DNA of 64,000 nucleotides from NCBI GenBank assembly GCA_027451505.1, contig DAIDJD010000092.1, positions 17,588 through 81,587 of the forward strand, read 5' to 3'. The DNA is from a candidate division FCPU426 bacterium. Its GTDB lineage: Bacteria; Oederibacteriota; JAJYGY01; DAIDJD01. Below the pieces are notes generated by a model, which worked only from the letters and a program-made list of their open reading frames with translations, was not told the DNA's origin and searched no databases. Below, piece by piece: positions 19,794 through 27,913 of the stretch. The position numbers and the translations under genes are program-made. Each line of letters starts with the position of its first letter. Within the stretch, counting starts at the first letter, position 1.

Positions 19794-20214
19794 GGCCGAT
19801 GCGTCCCGTACGGACCGGACGGCGATGAGTTTCGGAGGGGGCCGGGTGGCCGTCGCCGGCATCGTCGGCGGCTTCGGCATCGCGGTGGGCGGTTCCGCGG
19901 TGCTCCTGGGGCTGGGGCAGTCCCTGGGGCCGGCCGTGCTGACCGTGTTGGTGGTGTTGGCCTTGGTCGGCGGCGGTTTGGTGTGCCTGGTCTCGGCGTT
20001 CTTCGGCCTGGTCATCCCGCGCCACCTGGGCCAGGGGCCGTGGATGGACCCGGAGAAATGGCGGCGGTTCGCCCTGGAGCGGCGTTTATGGCATGAGCGC
20101 CATGGCGCGGGCGCCTGGGGGCCCTGGTATGGGGCCCGCAGGGAGGAACCCGTCGGGGAGGGGGACGCCCCGGGGAAAAGTCGGCGGCGCCGCGGAGAGT
20201 CCGTGCGCTCCTGA
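19720..20214 (+). CDS. hypothetical Gly-rich membrane protein downstream of, and overlapping, the ECF sigma gene (possible anti-sigma partner)
   Basis: RBS GGAGGAA then ATG; two hydrophobic segments; overlaps the sigma gene 3' end by about 74 nt; no recognisable anti-sigma domain. Confidence 0.35.
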   Translation: MQINVEAERPAPGRNRGGAPGGPFEADASRTDRTAMSFGGGRVAVAGIVGGFGIAVGGSAVLLGLGQSLGPAVLTVLVVLALVGGGLVCLVSAFFGLVIPRHLGQGPWMDPEKWRRFALERRLWHERHGAGAWGPWYGARREEPVGEGDAPGKSRRRRGESVRS

Positions 20215-20249
20215 GGTGACGGGCGCCCCTGGCCGGTTTACAATCGTCC

Positions 20250-20663
20250 ATGGCCACCGTGCGTTTCGTCGAATCCGCCCTCGACCTCGAGCAGGCCCGC
20301 GACCTGCGGCGATCGGTCTTTTGCGGGGAAATGAACTGGGACCGCAGCGTGGTGGATGACGGATCCGATCCGGGCGATGGCGTGGCCCTGGGATGGGAGG
20401 GGGGCAAGCCGGCCGCCACCGGGAGGCTTGCGCGTCGGGGGGAGAGGGCCTGGCTGGAGCTCCTGGCCGTACTGCCGGCCCTCAGGCGCAGGGGCCTGGC
20501 GTCGGCGGTGGTGTCCCTGCTTGGTCAGCGCGCGAAGGCAGCCGGGTCGACCGAAATCTGGGCCCTGGCGCCGGCCGGGAGCGTCCCGGCCTTCAGGGGC
20601 CTGGGCTTCCTCCCCCGCGGCGGGGAGGACGATGTGTTCCTGATGGCCAAGGGGTTGGGGTGA
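20250..20663 (+). CDS. GNAT family N-acetyltransferase
   Basis: 137 aa; acetyl-CoA binding motif region RRRGLASAVVSLLGQRA. Confidence 0.6.
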   Translation: MATVRFVESALDLEQARDLRRSVFCGEMNWDRSVVDDGSDPGDGVALGWEGGKPAATGRLARRGERAWLELLAVLPALRRRGLASAVVSLLGQRAKAAGSTEIWALAPAGSVPAFRGLGFLPRGGEDDVFLMAKGLG

Positions 20664-20665
20664 GC

Positions 20666-22459
20666 ATGGCGACGACCAAGATGCCCACGGCCGCGGCCCT
20701 CCATTCGCTGCTGCAGACGGCGCGCCCTTACATCCTGCTGCAGAACAGCCTCACCTATTATGTCGACCTGCCGGCCTTCCTGATCCTCAACGGCGACTTC
20801 AAGAGTTGGCACACCCTCGTCACGCGGCGCCAGCCCAAGGAGACGCCCATGGACTACGAGGGTTTCGCGCATTGGGAGGAGCGGGTCCGGTACAACGAAC
20901 GCTGCCTGGCCAAGGTGTGCGCAACGCGCAAGACGGTCTGCGCCCCCTTGCGCGGGCTCCACGGCCTGTTCGTGCCGGTGATCAAAGCGGGACGCTGCCT
21001 GGGCGTGCTCCAGACGGGCGTGTTCCTCATGGCCGTGCCCACGGAGGCCGAGCTCGCGGCGCTGTGGAAGGATTTGAGCGGGCGCAATCCCCTGCCCAAC
21101 GACGAGGCCTTCTGCGCTTATGCGCGCGCCGTGGCCGATACGCCGGTCCTCGATGCGGAACTCGTCGCCGCCTTGACCGAGGCGCTCGAGCTTTTTTCCG
21201 CCTTCCTCACCGGGGCGCTGGACGGGGCGGCCGCGGCGTCCCGCCTGGATGTTCTCCAGAGGGACGTCTTCGCCCGGCGCCTTTGGCACCATCAGTGGGT
21301 CGAGTGGCAGGCCATCAGCCCGAAGTTCTTCCGCTTCAACGGGGACCACCGCCGGCTCATGGCTTGGGAGGTGGAGGAACTGGGCATCGAGCGGTTCCCC
21401 ACCACCGTGATGGCGGCCAAACGCGAGGGCACGGGCAAGGAGTGGGCGGACGCCCTCGCGGCCATGTCCTTCCAACGCGAGGCCCGCCGCGTCGCGCCGG
21501 AATTGGGCCAGACCCTGGCCCATCCTTTGGGATACTACGGCACCCTTCTGCTGACCTCGGCGGACCCCGCCACCGCCGCGCCGCGCGCCGCCGAGGAGAT
21601 CCTGAACCGGGCGCACGAATTCTCGCGGCGCATGTCCCGCCGCTTCGGCTGCAAGGTCTGGGTGGGCATCGGCGGCACGGACCCGAGCGGGACGGCGCTG
21701 AAGGGCTCCTACCACGAGGCGGTGGCGGCCCTCCACGTGGCCCTGTCCAAGGGCGAGACCGTGGTGCGCTATCGGGACCTGGGGCCCGCGGCCCAGGAGG
21801 GGAGCGGTCTGCGCGCGGGCATCGAGGAGCTGTCGCGAGCCCTCCTGGAGCAGGGGCGGGCCCGGGCCGGGGAGCGCGCGGCGGCCTTCATCCAAAACGT
21901 CCTCATGAAGACCCTGGGCCGGCCCGAGGCCAGCCGGCGGGCCTTCATCGAGGTGATCGACCGCCTTCTGGGGGCCCTCGAGACCCGCAAGGGGCTGGAC
22001 GCCCAGGATTTGGCCCGCTTCGAGGCCGACGTCATCTTCAAGATGGAGACGGCCTTCGACCTGGCGGAGATGGTCGGTCGTTTCGAGTCGGCCCTGGACC
22101 TGCTGCTGTCCTTTTTGGAGCGTCCGGTGTCCGGGGACAAATACTTCCGCCTCAATCGGGCCTGCCAGGCCATCGACACGGGCCTCAACGAGCCCTGGAC
22201 CCTTCCGGGGGTGGCCCGCCAATTCGGCTTTTCCACCACCACCTTTTCCAGGGAATTCGCCCGCCACACCGGGCGGCCGTTCTCCGATTACCTGCTGCAC
22301 AAGCGCATCGAAAAGGCCAAGCGCATGCTGGCCGAGGGCCTGGCCCTGGAACAGGTGGCCGAGGCCTGCGGCTTCCGTTCGGTGAACTATTTCATCCAGA
22401 TCTTCAAACGCAAAGTCGGGCTGCCGCCGGGCCGTTACGGGCGGCAAAAAGGGGCCTGA
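20666..22459 (+). CDS. AraC/XylS-family transcriptional regulator with a large (~480 aa) uncharacterised N-terminal domain
   Basis: C-terminal twin HTH ARQFGFSTTTFSREFARHTGRPFSDYLLHKRIEKAKRML...ACGFRSVNYFIQIFKRKVGLPPGRY. Confidence 0.75.
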   Translation: MATTKMPTAAALHSLLQTARPYILLQNSLTYYVDLPAFLILNGDFKSWHTLVTRRQPKETPMDYEGFAHWEERVRYNERCLAKVCATRKTVCAPLRGLHGLFVPVIKAGRCLGVLQTGVFLMAVPTEAELAALWKDLSGRNPLPNDEAFCAYARAVADTPVLDAELVAALTEALELFSAFLTGALDGAAAASRLDVLQRDVFARRLWHHQWVEWQAISPKFFRFNGDHRRLMAWEVEELGIERFPTTVMAAKREGTGKEWADALAAMSFQREARRVAPELGQTLAHPLGYYGTLLLTSADPATAAPRAAEEILNRAHEFSRRMSRRFGCKVWVGIGGTDPSGTALKGSYHEAVAALHVALSKGETVVRYRDLGPAAQEGSGLRAGIEELSRALLEQGRARAGERAAAFIQNVLMKTLGRPEASRRAFIEVIDRLLGALETRKGLDAQDLARFEADVIFKMETAFDLAEMVGRFESALDLLLSFLERPVSGDKYFRLNRACQAIDTGLNEPWTLPGVARQFGFSTTTFSREFARHTGRPFSDYLLHKRIEKAKRMLAEGLALEQVAEACGFRSVNYFIQIFKRKVGLPPGRYGRQKGA

Positions 22460-22580
22460 TCCGCCCAACCCTCCAGGCCCCGGAAGGGGCCCCTCCCGGT
22501 CCGCGGACGGCCCCCGTGGCGGCCCGGCCCCGCATTTGCTACCATGACGCCCTCGAACCCCGCATGGAGGCGCCCGGCGC

Positions 22581-24530
22581 ATGGAATTGAGGACCATCAG
22601 CCCCGAGATCGACGGCGGCAAGTACGCCGCCAAATGCGAAACCGACCGCGACTTCGTGGTCGAGGCCGAGGCTCCGGGCGCGGCCGAGGCCGTGCTCAAG
22701 ACCCGCCGTCAAGGCGACGCCGCCTGGGACAGCGTCCCCATGGGATCCCTCGCGTCCGCCGGATGCGAGGGCCGCTTCCGGGGGGCCGTGCGCCTGGCCC
22801 GCGCGGGGACCTACGTCTACACGGTCGAAGCCCGCTCCGCCGGCCCCCGGCCCGAGACCGTCACCTATCCCGAACGCCGGGTGGTGGTGGAGCCGCCCCA
22901 CGCCCGCGTGGGGGCCTGGTACGAGCTTTTCCCCCGCTCCCAGGGGCGGGTCCCGGGGGTCAGCGGCACCTTCAAGGACTGCGAGGACCGGCTTCCGGCC
23001 ATCCAGGCCATGGGCTTCGACGTCCTCTACTTGGCCCCCATCCACCCCATCGGGCGCACCAACCGCAAGGGGCCCAACAACACCCTTTGGGCGGGCCCGG
23101 GCGACCCGGGTTGCGTGTGGTCCATCGGCGACGCCTCGGGCGGGCACACCGCCATCCATCCCGACCTGGGCACGCTGGACGATTTCCGGCGCTTTTGCGC
23201 CAAGGCCCGCGGGCTCGGAATCCGCGTCGCCCTGGATGTGGCCCTGACCTGCTCCTACGACCATCCTTGGCTCAAGGAGCATCCGGACTGGTTCTTCCAC
23301 AACCCCGACGGCAGCATCAAATACGCCGAGAACCCCCCCAAAAAGTATGAGGACACGGTCTTCCTCAATTTCTACCCGCCGGACCGCGAGCGTATGTGGG
23401 AGGAACTCAAAGGCATCTTCACCTTCTGGATCTCCCAGGGGGTGGACATCTTCCGCATCGACAACCCCCACACCAAGCCCGACGACTTCTGGGCCTGGTG
23501 CATCCCCGCCGTGAAGGCCGCGCACCCCGAGGCCGTCTTCCTCTCCGAGGCGTTCACCTACTATGAACGCCTCGAACTCCTGGCCAAGATCGGGTTTTCG
23601 CAGTCCTACACCTATTTCACCTGGCGCACGCGGCGCGACGAGATCCTGGAGTACATGGCCCGCCTGACCGGGACCTACGTGAAGGATTTCCTCAGGCCGA
23701 ATTTTTTCGCCAACACCCCGGACATCCTTCCGAAGAACCTCCAGGAGGGCGGGCGGCCGGCCTTCCTGCAGCGTCTGGCGCTGGCGGCGACGCTCTCCCC
23801 GACCTACGGGATCTATTCCGGGTTCGAACTGTGCGAAAACCGGGCCCTGCCCGGGGGCGAATCCTACGCCGACTCCGAGAAGTACGTGTGCAAGGTGTGG
23901 GACTGGGACCGCGCCGGGAACATCAAGGATTTCATCGCCTGCGTCAACCGCGCGCGCCGGGACAACGAGGCCTTGCGGCACCTCGACAACCTGGTCTTTA
24001 CCAGTTCGACCGACGAGCACGTGCTGGCCTTCACCAAGGTCAGCCCGGATCGGTCCAACGCCGTGCTGGTGGCGGTCAACCTCGATCCCTACGCCAAACG
24101 CGACACCCGGGTCACCGTGCCCCTGGAACGCCTGGGTCTGGGGCACCGCTACCGGGCCGTCGAGCAGATCACCGGCAGGGCCTACGCGTGGCTGGGCCGG
24201 GAGATCAACCTGCAGCTGCCCCGGGAGGAACCCGTGCAGATCTACCGCCTGGAGCCTCCGGCCTCGGCGGCGGCTCCGGCCCGGACCGAGCCTTCGCCCT
24301 TGGCGGAGGCCCATTTTTCGCGCTTCGCCGAGCTCCGGCGCCGGGCCGCGCGCGAAAGCGACCTGTTGGCGCGGCGCGAGATGAAGCAGTTGTTCCACGA
24401 CGAGATGCTGCACCGGGTCTACTACGGCCCCTCCTACGACGCGGCGTACCACGGGGCGCTGGACGCCCTCGCGCGCGCGCAGGGATTCGATTCGATCCTG
24501 GAGATGTCGGTGGGCACGCCGGGCCATTGA
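22581..24530 (+). CDS. glgE: alpha-1,4-glucan:maltose-1-phosphate maltosyltransferase (GH13_3)
   Basis: N-terminal ...IDGGKYAAK..., GH13 catalytic regions (FRIDNPHTKP, LSEAFT), length 649 aa typical of GlgE. Confidence 0.8.
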   Translation: MELRTISPEIDGGKYAAKCETDRDFVVEAEAPGAAEAVLKTRRQGDAAWDSVPMGSLASAGCEGRFRGAVRLARAGTYVYTVEARSAGPRPETVTYPERRVVVEPPHARVGAWYELFPRSQGRVPGVSGTFKDCEDRLPAIQAMGFDVLYLAPIHPIGRTNRKGPNNTLWAGPGDPGCVWSIGDASGGHTAIHPDLGTLDDFRRFCAKARGLGIRVALDVALTCSYDHPWLKEHPDWFFHNPDGSIKYAENPPKKYEDTVFLNFYPPDRERMWEELKGIFTFWISQGVDIFRIDNPHTKPDDFWAWCIPAVKAAHPEAVFLSEAFTYYERLELLAKIGFSQSYTYFTWRTRRDEILEYMARLTGTYVKDFLRPNFFANTPDILPKNLQEGGRPAFLQRLALAATLSPTYGIYSGFELCENRALPGGESYADSEKYVCKVWDWDRAGNIKDFIACVNRARRDNEALRHLDNLVFTSSTDEHVLAFTKVSPDRSNAVLVAVNLDPYAKRDTRVTVPLERLGLGHRYRAVEQITGRAYAWLGREINLQLPREEPVQIYRLEPPASAAAPARTEPSPLAEAHFSRFAELRRRAARESDLLARREMKQLFHDEMLHRVYYGPSYDAAYHGALDALARAQGFDSILEMSVGTPGH

Positions 24531-24612
24531 CGGCCCGCGGTGGCCGGCCTTCCGGTTTCGGCCCGTCTCTGCTATGCTTGAGTCCCACGTAACTCCCCCT
24601 GCTGTGGAGGCA

Positions 24613-25224
24613 ATGGTGCAAGTCCTCACCCTCTTGGTCCGTTGGACCCATTACGTCGCGGGTGTCCTGTGGATCGGCCACCTGTGGTTCTTCAATTTCG
24701 TGAACTCCAACCTGCAGGCCGACCCCAAGTACACCCCCGAAGCCAAAAAAGTGGCCAACCCGCTGCTGATGACCCGGGCGCTTTTCATGTTCCGTTGGGG
24801 GGCGATGTTCACCTTCCTGAGCGGCCTCTACCTGCTGTGGTTCATCTACATGTCCTCCACCGGGATCGGGTTCAACAATCCGCGCGGCATGTACATCATG
24901 ACCGGGGCCACGTTCGGAACCATCATGTGGTTCAACGTCTGGGGCATCATTTGGCCGCGCCAGAAGAAGATCATCAGCGCCCAGCAGGGCGGACCGGCCG
25001 TCGACCCCAAGCTCGCCAAGCAGGCCACCTTGGCCAGCAAGGTCAACACCTACCTCTCGGTTCCGCTGCTTTTGGGCATGATGGGCGGCCACGACCCGAA
25101 CTACGAATTCCCGGGCGGGGCCCTGGGCCTGGCCTTCGGCGTGGCCCTGGGACTGTTCGTGGTGTGGATGGCCTACAAGCTCGCGCCCAAGGTCAAGACC
25201 CAGTTGTTCCAACCGCAGGCCTAG
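24613..25224 (+). CDS. hypothetical integral membrane protein with conserved His/Trp-rich helix (HYVAGVLWIGHLWFFNF)
   Basis: RBS GGAGG 6 nt before ATG 24613; 4-5 hydrophobic helices. Confidence 0.4.
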   Translation: MVQVLTLLVRWTHYVAGVLWIGHLWFFNFVNSNLQADPKYTPEAKKVANPLLMTRALFMFRWGAMFTFLSGLYLLWFIYMSSTGIGFNNPRGMYIMTGATFGTIMWFNVWGIIWPRQKKIISAQQGGPAVDPKLAKQATLASKVNTYLSVPLLLGMMGGHDPNYEFPGGALGLAFGVALGLFVVWMAYKLAPKVKTQLFQPQA

Positions 25225-25249
25225 AGCCCGCTTCCTCCGGGGAGTGGAA

Positions 25250-25287
25250 CGCGGGCCGGGGCTTCGGCACCGGCCCGCGTTTTTTTC
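25250..25287 (+). terminator. rho-independent terminator
   Basis: stem CGCGGGCCGG / CCGGCCCGCG with 10-nt loop, followed by TTTTTTT. Confidence 0.75.
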
Positions 25288-25344
25288 GCGCAGGCTTCGG
25301 ACGTGCGCGGTGCCCGCGGACGGAATGCCCTTCTGGATTTTTGA

Positions 25345-25764
25345 ATGCCTACCTTTCCGGTGTCCCCGCAGTCGATGGCCGAACTGGAGGCCCTTTGCGC
25401 CAAGCTTGGACTGCGCGAGGAGGATCTGGAGGAGCGCTTCATCCGTTCAGGAGGGCATGGCGGGCAGAATGTGAATAAGGTAAGCACTTGCGTGGTGCTT
25501 GTGCATCGCCCCACAGGCTTGGTGGTGCGCTGCCAGCGGGAACGCAGTCAGGGGCTCAATCGCTTTTGGGCCCGGCGCCTCCTGGCCCAAAAATTGGACG
25601 AGAAAATCAATGGCGCGGTAAGCGAAAAAAGGTCCGAAGCTGAAAAGGTGCGCAGGCAGAAGCGCCGGCGAAGTCGGCGTTCCAAAGAAAAGATGTTGGA
25701 AAATAAGCGTTTTCATGGAAGCAAAAAAGCCCTGCGCAGGGCCGTTGGCGCGGGTGCGGATTGA
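25345..25764 (+). CDS. arfB: alternative ribosome-rescue factor ArfB (peptidyl-tRNA hydrolase, class I RF-like)
   Basis: GGQ motif GGHGGQNVNKVST, and basic C-terminal tail KRRRSRRSKEK typical of ArfB. Confidence 0.85.
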   Translation: MPTFPVSPQSMAELEALCAKLGLREEDLEERFIRSGGHGGQNVNKVSTCVVLVHRPTGLVVRCQRERSQGLNRFWARRLLAQKLDEKINGAVSEKRSEAEKVRRQKRRRSRRSKEKMLENKRFHGSKKALRRAVGAGAD

Positions 25765-25844
25765 GCGTTTTTCGTTTCGAAATAGTCTTGGAATAAAAGC
25801 ATATTTCTGTTAGAAGTGTTTTGTTCGATTTTCACGGAGGGTCC

Positions 25845-26135
25845 GTGACCAAGATCGAAATTGTCGAAGCACTGGCCGAGAAGACCGGTATGCAGAAGAA
25901 GGACGCCGAGGGCGTCCTGGAGACGCTGGTCAACACCATCCAAGAGAGCCTCAAAAGCGGCCAGAAGGTGAATCTGGCGGGGTTGGGAACCTTCGTGGTG
26001 GTGGAAAAAAAGGCCCGCGTCGCGCGCAATCCCAAGACCGGCGAGACCGTCCAGGTGGAGGCCAAGAAGGCTCCTAAATTCAAACCCGGCAAGCAGCTCA
26101 AAGAATTGCTCTCGGGTCAGGTTCCTTCGGCTTGA
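25845..26135 (+). CDS. hup: DNA-binding protein HU
   Basis: MTKIEIVEALAEKTG...GFGTF.V..KKAR.ARNPKTGE.V...A, about 96 aa; RBS GGAGGG; AT-rich promoter region upstream. Confidence 0.9.
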   Translation: MTKIEIVEALAEKTGMQKKDAEGVLETLVNTIQESLKSGQKVNLAGLGTFVVVEKKARVARNPKTGETVQVEAKKAPKFKPGKQLKELLSGQVPSA

Positions 26136-26992
26136 ACCGTCCTTCGAGACGGAGTTTTTCGTTTGTCGTCCCCGATGCCTCCGCGGAGCGCATAGGCGCG
26201 GCGTTGGGTGGGATCTTTCCGGATGGGGTGTTGCACCAGCCCTGCCCCGGGGGACGCACCCGGTTGCAAGGTTGGCTGCCCGCGGGACGCGCCGAATTGA
26301 GCCAGGCGCAAAAGCGCCTCCTCGCGGCCTTGGGGATAGGCCGGTTGCGGCGCGAACGTCCGGCACCGTCCAAGCCCACCAAGCCTTTCGGCCGTTTTCC
26401 GCCCCGCCGGGTGGGTCCTTTCCGCATCCTCGCCGCCGGGGATCCTGCCTTGGCCCGCCGGCCCCGTCCCCCTCGGACCATCGTGTTGACCCAGGGGCAA
26501 GCCTTCGGCAGCGGCCGCCACGAGTCCACCCTTCTGATGCTTCGGGCCTTGTGCGCCCGCCCGCCCGCGGGTACGGTGCTGGATGTCGGCGCCGGTTCCG
26601 GGATCCTGGGCTTCGCCTGCCTGGAGCTGGGCGCGGAGCGCGTCGTGGCCGTGGAGCAGGAGACGGCGGCCTGCGCCGAGTTGAGGGCCAACCGGGACCT
26701 CAACTCCGTGGAAGCGGTTCGCCTGCCGGTGCTGGCCGGGCGTTTTCCCCTGCGGCGCCTGGAGGGCCGGCGTTTCGCGACGGTGTTGGCCAACCTCGTC
26801 ACCCCGGTCCTGGTGGACCTGATGCCCGCGCTTTCCCGAGCCCTGGCGCCCGGCGGCGCGCTGCTGTGCTGCGGGATCCACACGCGCCCCGAGGCGCTTC
26901 GCGTGGCGCGGGCGGCGCGCTCCGAAGGGTTGGCGGCCCGGGGGGAAGGCGAATTGCGCGGCTGGCGCCTGCTGCGCCTCACAAGGGCCTGA
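26132..26992 (+). CDS. prmA: ribosomal protein L11 methyltransferase
   Basis: FGSGRHESTLLML (PrmA GTGxHxTT-like motif), SAM motif LDVGAGSGILG, DLN... layout. Confidence 0.65.
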   Translation: MNRPSRRSFSFVVPDASAERIGAALGGIFPDGVLHQPCPGGRTRLQGWLPAGRAELSQAQKRLLAALGIGRLRRERPAPSKPTKPFGRFPPRRVGPFRILAAGDPALARRPRPPRTIVLTQGQAFGSGRHESTLLMLRALCARPPAGTVLDVGAGSGILGFACLELGAERVVAVEQETAACAELRANRDLNSVEAVRLPVLAGRFPLRRLEGRRFATVLANLVTPVLVDLMPALSRALAPGGALLCCGIHTRPEALRVARAARSEGLAARGEGELRGWRLLRLTRA

Positions 26993-27007
26993 GGGCCCGG
27001 AGGGCCT

Positions 27008-27820
27008 ATGGTCCGCACCGCCTTGGTGCTCGTCGCCGTCGCTCTGGCGCCCGCCGGGGCGGGCGCCGACACCCAGTACGTGTCGGGCCGCGCCCTGGAC
27101 GCCTGCCAGGCCTTCGACACCACCCTGGGCGGCCTCGAGGACGGGTCCCTGGACGGCCGGACCGCCCGCGCGCGCTTCCTGGCCCTTTGGCCGGTGCTGC
27201 GCAAGGCGGGGCCCGTGCTCGGACGCGGACGGCGTTGGGCCTGGATGTTCCCCCTGCCGGGCTACGACGCGGGCTGCTTCGGCCTGAGCTACGACCCCGA
27301 CGGCTACCGCTTCCTGGACGGCCCGCGGGCCCGGGGCTACGCCGGGCTGAGGCTCTACATCCGCGACGGCGGCAGAAGGGGCTTGGAGGACCGCACCGGA
27401 AGGCCCGAACCCGTGGTCAGCGCCACCGACGGCGTGGTGGTCGCCTCGCATCCGTACCGGCGCGGCGATGGCGGCCCCTGGGGCGGGTACTGCATGGTCT
27501 ACGACCGGCGGGGGGGGCTGTTTTTCCTTTACGGGGATCTGGCCAACCTGCGCGTCAGCCCGGGCCAGTTGGTGCTCCAAGGGGAAGTTCTGGGGTGGCT
27601 GGGCCGCACCGATCCCGAGGTCCGCGCGCACGATCTGGGCACCCAACTGCGCTTCGAGGTCCACACCTTCGACGGGGGGCTGTTCTATCCGGTTTATCCC
27701 GGCCGCGACCTGCGCGAGGCCGGGCACACCGAATGGCCCATCCCGCCCGGCGTGGTGCGCCCGCGCTTCCGCGCGCCCCAGGGACCTCCGCCCACCCCCT
27801 CCGCCTTTCGGACCCCATAG
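27008..27820 (+). CDS. LytM/M23-domain protein with degenerate active site (likely non-catalytic)
   Basis: signal peptide; LytM-like GQLVLQGEVLGWLGRTDPEVRAHDLGTQLRFEVH, where the HxH zinc ligands of HLHFE are replaced. Confidence 0.45.
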   Translation: MVRTALVLVAVALAPAGAGADTQYVSGRALDACQAFDTTLGGLEDGSLDGRTARARFLALWPVLRKAGPVLGRGRRWAWMFPLPGYDAGCFGLSYDPDGYRFLDGPRARGYAGLRLYIRDGGRRGLEDRTGRPEPVVSATDGVVVASHPYRRGDGGPWGGYCMVYDRRGGLFFLYGDLANLRVSPGQLVLQGEVLGWLGRTDPEVRAHDLGTQLRFEVHTFDGGLFYPVYPGRDLREAGHTEWPIPPGVVRPRFRAPQGPPPTPSAFRTP

Positions 27821-27913
27821 AGTCCTTGCCCGGGCGCTCCGTATTCCGGACAATGGCCCCCTTTCGGACCGCCCGACCGGGCGGAGCCGCGCCCAGCCGT
27901 TTCCGGAGCGCCC

